From contig NW_021833614.1 in assembly GCF_006345805.1 (NCBI RefSeq), positions 2,133 through 66,132 on the forward strand: a stretch of 64,000 bases of DNA, given 5' to 3'. Positions 11,673-24,033 of the stretch are shown here, piece by piece (the stretch's first letter is position 1; every line of letters starts with the position of its first letter). The notes under the pieces are model-generated. The model saw nothing but the letters and a program-made list of their open reading frames with translations. It was not told where the DNA came from and made no database searches. The DNA is from Octopus sinensis (lineage: Eukaryota). The translations under genes were made by a program, and so were the position numbers.

Positions 11673-13745
11673 AATAATGACGATGATGTTGATTATGATG
11701 ATGACCGTGATGATCATGATGATAATGATCATGATGATGATGGTGATGATCGTGATGAAGTTGACGTTGACCACGTTGCTGACGAAGATGCGACTCACTG
11801 TGACGTTACGATGACAACGCTGACAAGGGGAAGAGCAATCTTGACGATGAGGACGATGAAGATGATGACGATGCCGGAGAGTTGAATGAAGGTAGGTGTC
11901 GTTATAGTAGTTGCTGTTGATGTTGGTTGCAGTTGATGTTGTTATTGGTGATGATGATGGTGGTGGTGGTGGTGGTGGTGGTGGATAAAAACGACTACGA
12001 TGATGGTGACGGTGACAGCGGCGATGACAGCGGCGATGACAGCGGCGATGACAGCGTTGATACGACTGATGCTGACGTCACGATAGCAACACTGACAGCG
12101 ATGTGATGGAAAGTGTGTCTAACCCTTTTATAGGTGACATCGACGACCACGGTGACAACGAGGACAACTATGATGATGATGATGAGGAGGAGGAGGAGGT
12201 GGTGGAAAAGGATGAGGAGGAGAAGGAGAAGAAAGGGCTGAATTAAAGAAGAGCAAGCACATGTGATGACGATGACAATGGCGATAATCTTCATAATGCA
12301 GGTGATACTGATGATCATGATGATCATGATGGTGGTGGTGGTGGCAGTGGGGTGATGGTGATGGTAATGATGATGATGTTGATGGCGGTGGTGGTGACGA
12401 TAAAGACGGAGGTGATGATAGCGACGACGACGTCGATGACGAAGAGGAGGAGGAGGAGAAGAAGAAGAATGGGTGGAGGAGGAGGAGGAGGAGGAGAAGA
12501 AGAAGAATGGGTGGAGGAGGAGGAGGAGGAGGAGAAGAAGAAGAATGGGTGGAGGAGGGGGAGGGAGGATGGAAGTAGGTGGAGGAGGAGGAGAAAGGGA
12601 GAAGGAGGTGAGGAGGAGGAGGAGGGGGAAAAATTGAGGATAGGTCAGTCTTGATCGAACACAGCTACACCCAACGACATTCCAAACATGACCATCTCAT
12701 TTTTTATCATGAAGAAGAAAACAATTACATTATCCAGCGTTCACTTTTGGGGAAAAGAAAAAACAAACAAACCAAAAGCGATAATTATGAGATATGAGGG
12801 ATATTTAGCATCTATTTCTAACAGATGGTGGGACTACGTCGAAACTGACCCCTACCCTCGTTTGTCGACAACGACGATGATGATGATGATGATGACGACG
12901 ACGACGATGATGATGGTTGTGGTGGTAGTAGTGACGTTGATGGTGGCAATGTTGGTGGTGGTAATGGCGGTGATGGTGGCTGTGGAGGTGATAGTGCTGA
13001 TGATGACATTGTCCGCGGAAATGGTGATGGTGATGGTGGTGGTGGTGGTGGTGGTGGTCGTGGTGGTGGTGGTGGTGGTGGTGGTGATGGTGGTGGGGTG
13101 GTGGTGGTGGTGGTGTAGGTGGTGGTGGTGGTGGTGGTGGGTGGTGGTGGTGGTGATGGTGATGGTGGTGGTGGTGGTGATGGTGGTGGGTGGTGGGTGG
13201 TGGTGGTGGTGTAGGTGGTGGTGGGGGTGGTGGTGGTGGTGGTGGTGGTGGGGGTGGTGATGGTGGTGGTGGTGGGTGGTGGTGGTGGTGGTGGTGGTGG
13301 TGGTGGTGGTGGTGTGGTGGTGGTGGTGGTGGTGATGGTGGTGGTGGTGGTGGTGGTGGGGTGGTGGTGGGTGGTGATGGTGGTGGTGTGGTGGGGTGGT
13401 GGGGGTGGTGTAGGTGGTTGGTGGTGGTGGTGGATGGTGGTGGTGGTGGTGGTTGTGGTGATGGTGGTGGTGGTGGTGGTGGTGGTGGTGTGTGGTGGTG
13501 GTGGTGGTGGTGGTGGTGTGGTGTGGTGGTGGTGATGGTGGTGGTGGTGGTGTGGTGGTGGTGGTGTGTGGTGGTGATGGTGGTTGTTGGTGGTGGTGGT
13601 GGTGTGGTGGTGATGTTGGTGGTGATGTGATGTTGGTGGTTGTGTGTGGTGGTGGTGGGTGGTGAGGTGGTGATGGTGGTGGTGGTGGTGTGTGGTGATT
13701 GTTGTTGTTGTTGTTGTTGGTTGCTGACAACGATTGTGACGTCAC
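11445..13745. repeat. Compound low-complexity block of GAT/GAC/GAG/GAA/GGT triplets, including about 700 bp of (GGT)n
   Basis: Direct reading; a short non-repetitive island lies at about 12640-12865. Confidence 0.95.
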
Positions 13746-14172
13746 GAAGGTGTCATCACAATCTAGGCTAGACAATTATAAAACATATGATTGATGAGAA
13801 TATTACGAATGCATGAAAATCTATTACAACTTGACATGTAGCAGAAGGGGGGGGAGGGAGAACGGGAGGAGGAAAAGGAACAAGGCGAGGAGGAAGAGGC
13901 AGAGGAAGAGGCGGTGGCGGAAAAGGGGCAGAGGTTGAGGGAGGCATTCATGTGTGTGTATAAATATATATATATATATATTGCACTTGTCTGTGTGTGT
14001 GTGTGTGTGTTTGTGTGTAAGGATGAGTGCATCATTGCGTGCGCCATTCAATGTATCTGTGTATGTGTGTATGTCCATGAGTGTATGTATGTGTATGTGC
14101 GTGTATGCGTATGATTGTATTGTTTGCTTATATCTTTATCTTTGTTATGTGTGTGCGTGTGTAAATATTGTG

Positions 14173-14290
14173 AAGGTGCGTAGCGTAGGAGTTAGGATAT
14201 TTGACTCACGATCGTTAGGTCGTGAGTTCGATTCCTGGCGAAGCGTTGTGTCCTTCAGTAACATACACGATTTCACGTTGCCCCAGAATC
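14173..14290 (+). mobile_element. Family C SINE head
   Basis: GGTGCGTAGCGTAGGAGTTAGG...GTGAGTTCGATTCCTGG...TTGTGTCCTT. Confidence 0.65.
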
Positions 14291-14314
14291 TAACTGGTAT
14301 CTATTTTGCCAAAA

Positions 14315-14550
14315 GGCGGTGAGCTGGCAGAAACGTTAGCACGTTGGGCGAAATGCTTAGCGGTATTTCGGCTGCCGTTACGTTGTGAGTTCAAATTCCG
14401 CCGAGGTCGACTTTGCCTTTCATCTTTTCGGGGTCGATAAATTAAGTACCAGTTACGCACTGGGGTCGATGTATTAGACTTAATACCTATATCTGTCCTT
14501 GTTTGTCCCTTCTATGTTTAGCCTGTTGTGGGTAATAAAGAAATAGGTAT
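14315..14550 (+). mobile_element. Family B SINE, near full length
   Basis: GGCGGTGAGCTGGCAGAAACGTTAGC...GAGTTCAAATTCCGCCGAGGTCGACTTTGCC...AAAGAAATAGGT. Confidence 0.9.
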
Positions 14551-14554
14551 CTCT

Positions 14555-14690
14555 TTTGCCAAATCTTAAAGGACGAAAAGCAATGTCGACCTGGGCGGAA
14601 TTTGAACTTAGAACATAAAGAAGGGCAGAATGCCGGTATGCCCTTTGCCCCCTGTGCAAACGATTCTGTCAGCCAACTCGCAGACCTAAC
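14555..14690 (-). mobile_element. Family B SINE fragment, tail-to-tail with the previous copy
   Basis: AATGTCGACCTGGGCGGAATTTGAACTTAGAAC...CTGTCAGCCAACTCG. Confidence 0.65.
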
Positions 14691-15051
14691 TGCCACATAT
14701 AACCATTCTGTGTATATGTATTCCACTATGCTGACTGTAGCATACACGTGATCACAAAAACATAAATTTCACAACATGCGAAATAAACACTACAATGTCA
14801 CTCGGCACACTTCCTCATGAAGGTCATTCCTAGCTTTCATTGCGCATGCAACCGCGTGCTGCCATCTGTTGTCGCGCTACAGAACTAGTCCGCGAACTTT
14901 TTGATAGCACCGCTTATGAACATTAAAACATTATAATTCAATGAAGATAGCAGAATAAGGTACCAAATACACAAAATAAACATTTATTAATGATTAATAA
15001 AGATAGTGAATAGTGAATAATTTGTCCTCTCTCTCTCCCCCCTCTCCCCAC

Positions 15052-15091
<40 letters not shown>

Positions 15092-15165
15092 ATACTTTTC
15101 AAAGATTAACTGCTAACACGTTCAGCTGTAGACTACTATTATTAAGAGGCTACTACCCGTAACGT

Positions 15166-15239
15166 GGCCGGTTAGCTCAGTTGGTTAGAGCGTCGTGCTA
15201 ATAACGCGAATGTCGTGGGTTCAAGCCCCATACTGGCCA
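15166..15239 (+). tRNA. trnI: tRNA-Ile, anticodon AAT, intact cloverleaf
   Basis: GGCCGGT/ACTGGCC acceptor stem, GCTC/GAGC D stem, TCGTG-CT-AAT-AA-CGCGA anticodon arm, GTGGG-TTCAAGC-CCCAT T arm, discriminator A; 74 nt, no intron. Confidence 0.96.
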
Positions 15240-15246
15240 GCAATTA

Positions 15247-15250
15247 TTTT
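15247..15250 (+). terminator. Pol III T4 terminator
   Basis: TTTT begins 8 nt after the tRNA 3' end. Confidence 0.7.
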
Positions 15251-15348
15251 GTATTTAGACATGTACGTGTAGTTTTACCAAATCAACAGTTTCAAATACT
15301 CGTGTTATTCACACACCAAAAAAAATGTAGCGTATTATACATATCCTA

Positions 15349-15604
15349 TTGGCTTGGTGCATAATTATTGCGACTTTTTTTTCCACAAATTTTATTCAAC
15401 AAAAACAATAACAGCATTTAACAAAAACATCTTTAAATGACGGTCTGACCATTTTCCAAGCAAATGGGAAGCAGTAATTGAAGGGGATGGTGAATATTCT
15501 TCGGAATTAATCATTTAAAGATGTTTTTTTGTTACGTGTTGTTATTGTTTTTATTGAAACACTTTTATTGAAAAAAAAGCCGCAATAATAATGCACCAAC
15601 CCAA
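15349..15604 (+). mobile_element. Mariner-family non-autonomous element (MITE) with TA TSD
   Basis: TIRs TTGGCTTGGTGCATAATTATTGCG / CGCAATAATAATGCACCAACCCAA resemble the Hsmar1/MADE1 TIR; TA on both sides; the core translates DHFPSKWEAVIEGDGEY, like a mariner transposase C-terminus. Confidence 0.88.
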
Positions 15605-15689
15605 TATTGTATTCCTTCGTTTCATACGTTTCATTCTTCGATTTTTGAAGACCACACTTGCAATACCTGTGACGTATTGGTTATGCGCA

Positions 15690-16030
15690 CTGCATTAACG
15701 GAAGTCGCATCCCCAAGTATCTGCTGCATAGATGGAAACCAACAAGCTGTTTAAGTTGAGATAGTGTTACATGCAAAAAGCATTTTCCACTGCAGCACAC
15801 AATGGAATGGAACCGTGTGAAAATATAAATGGTACCAAACTGTTTTTGCCGAGGTCATACTTTAAGAGCAAAAGTGAAAAGAGTAGAGGGAGATCGAAAT
15901 CTACTCTAGTCTGTAAAGAGACACAGGCCAAACAAATCAACTCTATACAAGGACATAGACTGCATCGGTAGGGACTACCATGATGGCTGTCGCTCTCGAA
16001 TAGGCCTCTAAAATCATCGAAAATGATAGG
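15690..16030 (+). mobile_element. Degraded RTE-clade LINE 3' end
   Basis: RIPKYLLHRWKP, KWYQTV and CRSRIGL*NHRK (RTE C-terminal SRIGLxSH-type motif) occur in order across frames. Confidence 0.55.
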
Positions 16031-16119
16031 CCAAAATGATAAGAGCGTAGGAATGGCTGGGTGGGAGGTAGATTGGAGACAAAAAGACTAAGTCTCCTGG
16101 ACATTAATATTTCGTGTTC

Positions 16120-16505
16120 TACGAGTTGCTTACCAACCACATGGTTCTGGGTTCAGTCCCACTGCGTGGCACTTTGAGCAAGTGTCTTCTACTTTAGCCT
16201 CGGGTTGACCAAAGCCTTGTGAGTGGATTTGGTAGACGGAAACTGAACGATGCCCGTCGTATATATGTATATATATATATGTATGTATACATATGTATGA
16301 GTGTGTGTATCATTTTGTGTGTCTGTGTTTGTCCCCCACCATCGCTTGACAAACGGTGCTGGTGTGTTTACCTCCCGTAACTTAGCGTTTCGGCGAAAGA
16401 GACCGATACTTACAAAGAATAAGTCCCGGGGTCGATTTGTTCGACTAAAGGCAGTGCCCCAGCTTGGCCACAGTCACATGATTGAAACAAGTAAAAGATT
16501 AAAGA
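16120..16505 (+). mobile_element. Family A SINE
   Basis: Head CCAACCACATGGTTCTGGGTTCAGTCCCACTGCGTGG, microsatellite, tail GATTGAAACAAGTAAAAG. Confidence 0.9.
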
Positions 16506-16689
16506 TTAAATTCATAGAGTAAGTTACTCGTTCTCCATGGCAAATAAATGATCAACATCACAACAATCCCGCTTAACGGCGCATCAGTCAACCGAAGGGT
16601 TACTCATTTATATCTAAATGAACTCCAGCAACATGCAATGACAGCACACTTCCAGGTTCGGAAATAGAAACTACGATGTTATGATTGTA

Positions 16690-17010
16690 TGTACAACACT
16701 TTGTCCACAAGGTGACGTGCCTTCGCAGTTGAACAGAAAGTAAAGAAAAATAAATGGTTCATCGTTTCCTAAGCCAGAGGATAGTTGACCATGACGACGG
16801 CACACTTCGGTGAAGACCTCACTGCACCACCCGGCATGCAGCGGTGAGTCGGATGGAATGCAGTGTCTTTGTTGCCGCTCGAGTGTTGTAGACATGTTTG
16901 GGTGTTTGGGTGGTGACTGTACACGTAATGTTGAGAATAGTATGTTGTTGCTCTTGTTGATGTTGTTGTAGCTCATGTTGTTGTTTAGCGGCGATGAAGG
17001 CCTTCATTTA
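16690..17010 (-). mobile_element. Possible Penelope-like terminal region
   Basis: A minus frame contains HVYNTR followed by a degenerate hammerhead-like TTCA-CCGAAG...GAAACG-A-TGAA (16758-16814). Confidence 0.3.
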
Positions 17011-18199
17011 GCAGAGAAACCTATAATGAAAAGCACTCCAACAATGACCATCACATCTTTTGCTTTATCTTCAGGCAGAGGTATCATGCATCTAATACTA
17101 CGTTACCAAATGTAGCCTTACATCATTTCTTTTAATACAGTAAGGTAGCAGTTAAAGAAAATTTGACTGCAATTTTTAGTAGATCAGGTGACTTGCTCTG
17201 ACGTTTCCTGATCACGTGTACCAAATGTACTTCAAATTATATTTGACTGCCTTGAAAAACTGATAAGAAATAGCATTTTGTTTTAGTTCTTCTGCTAGCT
17301 GTTATCCGATAGGCTACGTTATATGTCATTCTTGACGAAGGATCACAGTCAGAAACGTCAAACAATAATTTTTTTCTACATTAGACAATATGATACCTTG
17401 TACTCCTTTTTGTGCTTTTTTTAATTTTTCGCTTTCATGAAATTGATTAGCGCTGATCTAGTTTTAGACAACAACAAATTGAACAATATTTTGTTAATTT
17501 TTGACTCATAACTTATATTTTCTGAGTTTCACAACTCATCTCTCTGTCTGTACTTGCTATGGCGTTCCGCTTCAAGTGTCGTACTCATCGTCGAGTACCC
17601 AATTCTTAATAGATGAGTACATAGTTGTATATTGAACTAAGGTTTTCAGTTTATACATTTATACACGCAGCTGCACTCCAACATCTTACAATGATTTCCG
17701 GATTTAAGAAGTTAAAGAATTAATTATTTCATTCATTAATTACCAGAAAATCTGTTAAAGAAACAAAACAAGAAACAAAGAAAAACAAAACAAGAAATGA
17801 AAAAAAAAAAGAATTATATCAAAGAAATTATATTACTTTATTTTATTTTATTTTAGTTTAGTTTATTTTATTTTAAACTACCGTTAAATTCATTCGGTGA
17901 CGGGGGACTGTCCTTCATTATTTGAGCGTAAACTTGGCTCCAGTATTTTCCTAAATATCTGTGTTAAATCCATTACAAGTTAATGAAACAGAGGTGTTCG
18001 TCAGTTTGGTGGCGTCAGAAACGGTTCGCATTCACCGCTGGAAAAAAGTAAAGAAATGAAAAGAAAACCCTCACTGATGATAAGCAAAAAATGCCGCTCG
18101 AGAGGCTAGAAATAGCAGCGAAATATTTTCCGAAACATTATACGCTATCACCTTCAATATAAAAAGATGTGTATGGTGGAATGTTGTCCCTACTATTTT

Positions 18200-18490
18200 C
18201 TTAGAGATTAGGTCTATCATGAGCCCTAGGACTTGTAAAGCCAGAGTTTAACCCGGTTTCCATTGTGCATAAGTAATTGGGATCTAAACACCCACCCCTG
18301 AAAAGTGCCGCCAGTCTGTCACGGGGATACTGTGCAGCTATTGCTGGAACGTAATAACAGCTGTGTTGAGTAAAGCTTCGTAAGATGAGGTGTTTTGCTG
18401 AAGAACACAACGCACTGACCCGTCTGGGAATCGAAACGACGGTTTTGCGATTGTATGCGCAACACCGTAACCGACAGGCCACGTGCCTCC
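18200..18490 (-). mobile_element. Family C SINE
   Basis: Reverse complement GGAGGCACGTGGCCTGTCGGTTACGG...GTTTCGATTCCCAGACGGG...TTGTGTTCTTCAGCAAAACACC. Confidence 0.75.
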
Positions 18491-18893
18491 ACATGTTCCC
18501 GGGTAGAAAAACAGAAAAACATACGGGATAGATATGACAGGAATTTATGTTTTTCATGCATGGTTCGCTTGACTGACGCTGAGCTAGAGCAAAATAACGG
18601 CAACAACAATAACAACAACGACAACGATGCAGACAATTAGGGCTTGGATTACTGATTAAGATTGGAAATAAGAGACAGTGTTAATTAAGGCTCGGATTAC
18701 AAGCTGGGATTAGAAATGAGTTAGGGTTAAGGTTTAGAGTAGGGCTTAGCTGCAGGTGGGCCGGGCCGCAGTCTGCACATACACTATGTGGTATCAATAT
18801 TTCTAAAATAATATAATAATAATAATAATAATAATAATAGTAATAATAATAATAATAATAATAACAACAACAACAACAACAGCAACAATAACA

Positions 18894-19445
18894 ACTCTGA
18901 ACAACGTTGGACCCCTATAGCAACTGAAGAGTTCATCCAAGCAGTGCAAGAACTAAGCAACTAGAAGGCACCCGGGCACGATAAGGTCCCCAACTTCTGG
19001 TTAAAATATCTGAGAAGAACACATAAAAAGCTGGCTGACTAATTTAATGACATGCTAGCAGAGCCAGAGACAATGCCTGAATGGCCCACGAAAGGGAAAA
19101 CTATCATAATTTCCAAATCCACTGAAACGGCAATCCCACAAAATTACAGACCAATAACTTGTCTCCCTACAATTTACAATGCATTTACTGCAATAATATC
19201 GCAGAGAATAAGCAAGCATCTGGAAGAAAACAACCTGTTTCCAGAAGAGCAGAAGCGATGCTGCAAGGACTCATACGGCTGTAAAGATCAACTAATAATC
19301 AATAAAACCATAACTGAAGACAGCCGCAGAAAGAAGAAGGGTCTAAGTATGGCTTGGACCGATTACCAAAAGGCTTTTGATAGTATTCCCCACACATGGA
19401 TCCTAGAAACACTAGTCATGAACAAGGTAGCACCAATAATCATAA
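18894..19445 (+). mobile_element. R4/Dong-clade non-LTR retrotransposon RT fragment
   Basis: N*KAPGHDKVPNFWLK, NYRPITCLPT, EQKRCCKDSYGCKDQLII, MAWTDYQKAFDSIPHTWI; immediately follows a (TAA)n/(CAA)n tract. Confidence 0.88.
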
Positions 19446-19691
19446 GAAATACTCCCAATTTAAATGTTTATGAATAGAATTAACCTAGTGAAATCATAAA
19501 TCCAGCTATCTGAGTAAATGAGTCCCTGGAGGTTGGCGAAACAGTTCATTCATCTTCATAATGACAAGACACTGTATAAACATCGTAAACAACTTTTGGC
19601 ATATTCATAATGACTTAAAATCCAAGTCACAAAGACGGCTTTTTCATGCGCGGCAAAAACACCGGTGAAGTGAAACATAACACAGCGTGCG

Positions 19692-19705
19692 GTTGTCATG
19701 GTAAC
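19692..19705. promoter_or_regulatory. RFX X-box consensus match
   Basis: GTTGTCATGGTAAC, flanked by an 8-bp inverted repeat ACAGCGTG / CACGCTGT; motif match only. Confidence 0.35.
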
Positions 19706-20223
19706 AAGTTGTTAAAGCCACGCTGTCTGTTAATTGTCAAAAATTAACCAAATTTCCCAAATTTACTTCCAAATAACATCAGATTCTTTAAATTACGGGA
19801 TAAAGTAATTAGTTGATCGTAATGAAAATTCAGAGTTGCATCGATACACCAAAATTGAAAGCAATCTGAGTAAAATTAGAGGGGATTCATTTTGCGAATG
19901 AGACTGACTAGGTCCCATCCTTTTTATTGCAAGAAACTACAGTTTTCTCTGGCCAGACTTACAAACGATCATCTTTAGAATGTTTGAAACTTTAATATCT
20001 ACAACTTTCTGACTACTCGAATATATAAACATAACTTATATTGCAGCAACAAATTAAACGCACGATAATACAAACCGCACAATTACGAAAACTGTAAATT
20101 ACAGCAAAACAGATAAAAAGAAAAGAATTCAAAAAATCCACTCCACCCACCAAAAATTCAAAATTTAAAATTCAACGATATTATATATATACATATATAT
20201 ATTATATATATATATTATATATA

Positions 20224-20261
<38 letters not shown>

Positions 20262-20300
20262 TATATATATAATATATATATATATATGTATATATATATA

Positions 20301-20388
20301 CAACTTATAAACAAGGGTAAAAGAAAAAATTTCTAATGCCAAATATTTGGCATTAGAATTTTTTTCGTTTGCCCTTGTTTATAAGTTG
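20301..20388. repeat. Imperfect spacer-less palindrome, about 44-bp arms
   Basis: CAACTTATAAACAAGGG...CTAATGCCAAAT|ATTTGGCATTAG...CCCTTGTTTATAAGTTG. Confidence 0.9.
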
Positions 20389-20951
20389 GTTATAAATTCA
20401 ACCTTTAAAAGTATTTTTTAATACGCTGGCCATTGATGAATTTTTTCGGAAAAATTATATACTAATTAGATGTATATATATATTATATATATATATATAT
20501 ATATAATATGGTGTGGTGTGTGTGTGTGTGGTGTGTGTGTGTGTGTGTGTATAACAAACTTTGGTTGTAGAACAAACAAATTTAAGGTCATCTACTTAAC
20601 ATATCACATCTCGAACATGTAATCACATATAAAAAAAAAAACATAATGCTTTTTCTTATACATAGAATTTGGATGCATAAAATAACAGAAGATGAAACAA
20701 TATTTCATTTAGACAAGCATATAGAAACAGTGAGTACAGTCTATCGCAATATAAAAAATTAAAAATTAATACTTCAGCGTCTAAAAAAATGTTTTTAACA
20801 TTATAATACCTAGAATAATAAATATATAAAAATATAAAAATGTATGAATATATAAATATATAAAAATACGTATAAATAAGAATCATATAAATATATAAGG
20901 TATAGATAAAAGTTTATCGATTAAGAATCTTTAACGATTAAAAGTTACTTT

Positions 20952-20982
<31 letters not shown>

Positions 20983-20987
20983 TCCTA

Positions 20988-21019
<32 letters not shown>

Positions 21020-21631
21020 TATAATATATATATATATATATTATAGTATTATATATATATATATATTATATATACAATATATATATATATAAGAGTAGTG
21101 GTACAACAAAGCATTAATGTTTATTGGAAATAGCAGTCGATACATTTACGGTGCTATATTAGACCCTCAATGTGTATATATTAGCAAAGACGTGTGAGAG
21201 CAGCAAACATAAAAAAATTTGTCTTACCTCAAGGAAGAATATTATATAAATGGACAACCCAGAATCGGATAATTCAGTACCTAGGTTTCAGACTCTTTAA
21301 ATACGTTTGTCATTGTAAATTTGATTAGTCTTTATCAGCTGGATTTACCTGGACAATATTTCAAATGTTGCTACATCAATGCCAGTAAATTCACCTTAGC
21401 CGTTAATAGACCGAGAATAGAGAAGAAAGTTTCAATGAAAAAAATATGGTATTGCAATACAAATGTAATACTTTCCAGTAAAATAAAGCACTGTAAGGGT
21501 AGAAGTATAAATATAGAGTAGTGGTACAACAATGCACCAATGTTTACTGGAAATAGCAGTCGAACATTTACCTCGCTATAGTAAAAATTCATTGTGTATA
21601 TACATACATACATACATACATACATACATAA

Positions 21632-21712
<81 letters not shown>

Positions 21713-22295
21713 GTGTGTGTGTGTATGTGTGAGTGTGTTTAATTATATATACAGATATATACATCCCAATATATATGCATATGCATGTGTATATGTGTAT
21801 ATGCATGTATCTATATTATATATAACAAGACCGAACTAGTTTTATCTGCTTCTCTATCTTTATATATATGTATGTATGTGTGTGTGTGAATGCGTTTGTG
21901 TGTCTGCGCGTGTATGTTTGTGTATCATATGTATGTATGTATGTATGTATTTATGTATGTATGTATGTATGTATGTATGTATATATGTTTGTATGTATGT
22001 ATGAATGTTTAAGTAGGTAGCTAAGTAGGTAAGGATGCATATTGTAGTCAATCCGGGGGGGGGGGGTACAGTGCAGGACATTTTCCCACCCTGCTTGAGA
22101 ATGAAACTCCTTAACCAACTGGACATGGATCCATCTACAACGGCGTTTCGCAAACTGTTTACCCTTGTGTCACACTTAAAATAAAATCCATGTCTCGAGG
22201 AACCCCTGCACAAAAAATCTATATTCCATATCTTTCTCATATTTTTTCATCGTAGTTGAAACGTGGTAAATATATACATACATACACACACACAG

Positions 22296-22413
<118 letters not shown>

Positions 22414-22652
22414 CGTTTTTTCAAGAACATGGATTCTATTGAGACCAGTAAGAAACGATTATGAACTTCTCCATTGCACTTTTTATAATATTTTTGATAA
22501 GGTTCGTTTTTTCAAGAACCGAAACATGTAAAATTCATAAGAAAATTAAAATTTATCTAATATAGTGGCGTTTTCAAACTTCTTTTTTACAAATATATTT
22601 ATACATACATACATACATATATATATGTGTATATATATGTGTGTGTGTGTGT

Positions 22653-22687
<35 letters not shown>

Positions 22688-22824
22688 CTGTTATATTTTT
22701 TGGTAACATAGTGGATTAAATTCGATGATGTCTATATTACAATATTACAATAACCAATTATATGTTGTGCGTGTATAGTGATGTTACGACCATGAAATTA
22801 GCATTAGCGTATCTCACTCTTTCT

Positions 22825-22911
22825 CGCGGAGCCTCTAGGAACCTTTTGCGGAACCCTAGGTATCTGTGGAACCCCGGTGGAGAAGCGCTGAACCCGGTTG
22901 AGAAGTACAGT
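22825..22911 (+). mobile_element. hAT-like MITE end, apparently duplicated
   Basis: GCGGAACCCTAGG...GGAACCCCGGTGGAGAAGCGCTG followed by AACCCGGTTGAGAAG. Confidence 0.4.
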
Positions 22912-23366
22912 GAGTGAATGACTGAACATGAAATTGTAGATGGTTTGGAGCAACGAATCGTCATGTTCTATTCTAACAGACCAAGACCTATATCCATATA
23001 TCTATCCATATATGAGTGTGTGTGTGTGTGTGTGAGAGTGTGTGTGTGCTGTGTGTGTTTGTATATGAGTGTATGTATGTATGTGTGTGCGTATGTGCAT
23101 TCTCACTCATTCTCGATTCTCACCTTCGTTTCTAGCACACACCCTATCCTTCCTTTCATCTATTCCTCATTTCATTTCCCTTGACTCTCTCTCTCTTCTC
23201 TTCTCTCTTTCTCTCTTTCTCTCTCTCTCTCTCTCTATTTATGGAGTCTCTCCTGTCTTTCTCTCAAAGTATCTTACAACCTATCTAGCGCTTCCTCTAT
23301 ACCTATATGAATACATAACACACATACAGGCATGCAGACACATACACGCGTATACATACATACATG

Positions 23367-23398
<32 letters not shown>

Positions 23399-23811
23399 AA
23401 ATCTTTGACATCTTTTATTTACTTCTGAGAGTTCTTCAAACGCGACGAACGAATATGGTAATTATCCGAATAGGCTTGGAGAAGATTAGAAAATACTTAT
23501 GGCTATCGAATAGTTATCAATAGATATCAATAGCGAATCAGTTAAAAGGCTCTTTGCAATAATTGGTATTTCAATAACTGGTGGCTTATACATGTCAGCC
23601 ATTCATTACTTACCGCCGACAGGTGGCGTGTTAGTCAATACATACATACGTTTATGTATGCATATATATATATATATATATAGATATATATATATATATA
23701 TATATACACACATGTATACTACATGTGCATAGATGTATATTTGTATATGTATATGTCTGTGCACATATAGATACTTGTCGTAGGCATATATGTATTATGT
23801 ATGAATGTATG

Positions 23812-23870
<59 letters not shown>

Positions 23871-23994
23871 TATGAGTACATATAGATACGTATGTATGCA
23901 TGTATGTATGTATATATGCATATATATATATATCCTATGTGTGTATGTATCTGTATATGTATATATCTTCGTGTGTGTGTATATGTGTATACAT

Positions 23995-24033
<39 letters not shown>

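Noticed and set aside
12688-13775. Poly-H/P/T, poly-V and poly-G ORFs
   Set aside because: Translations of (GGT)n/(GAT)n microsatellite; no domain or splice evidence
18721-18750. TTAGGG-like run
   Set aside because: Only one exact unit plus degenerate ones; too short for an interstitial telomere
21227-21279. Minus-strand exon candidate with a GAG|GTAAGA donor
   Set aside because: The acceptor lacks a polypyrimidine tract and there are no supporting neighbouring exons
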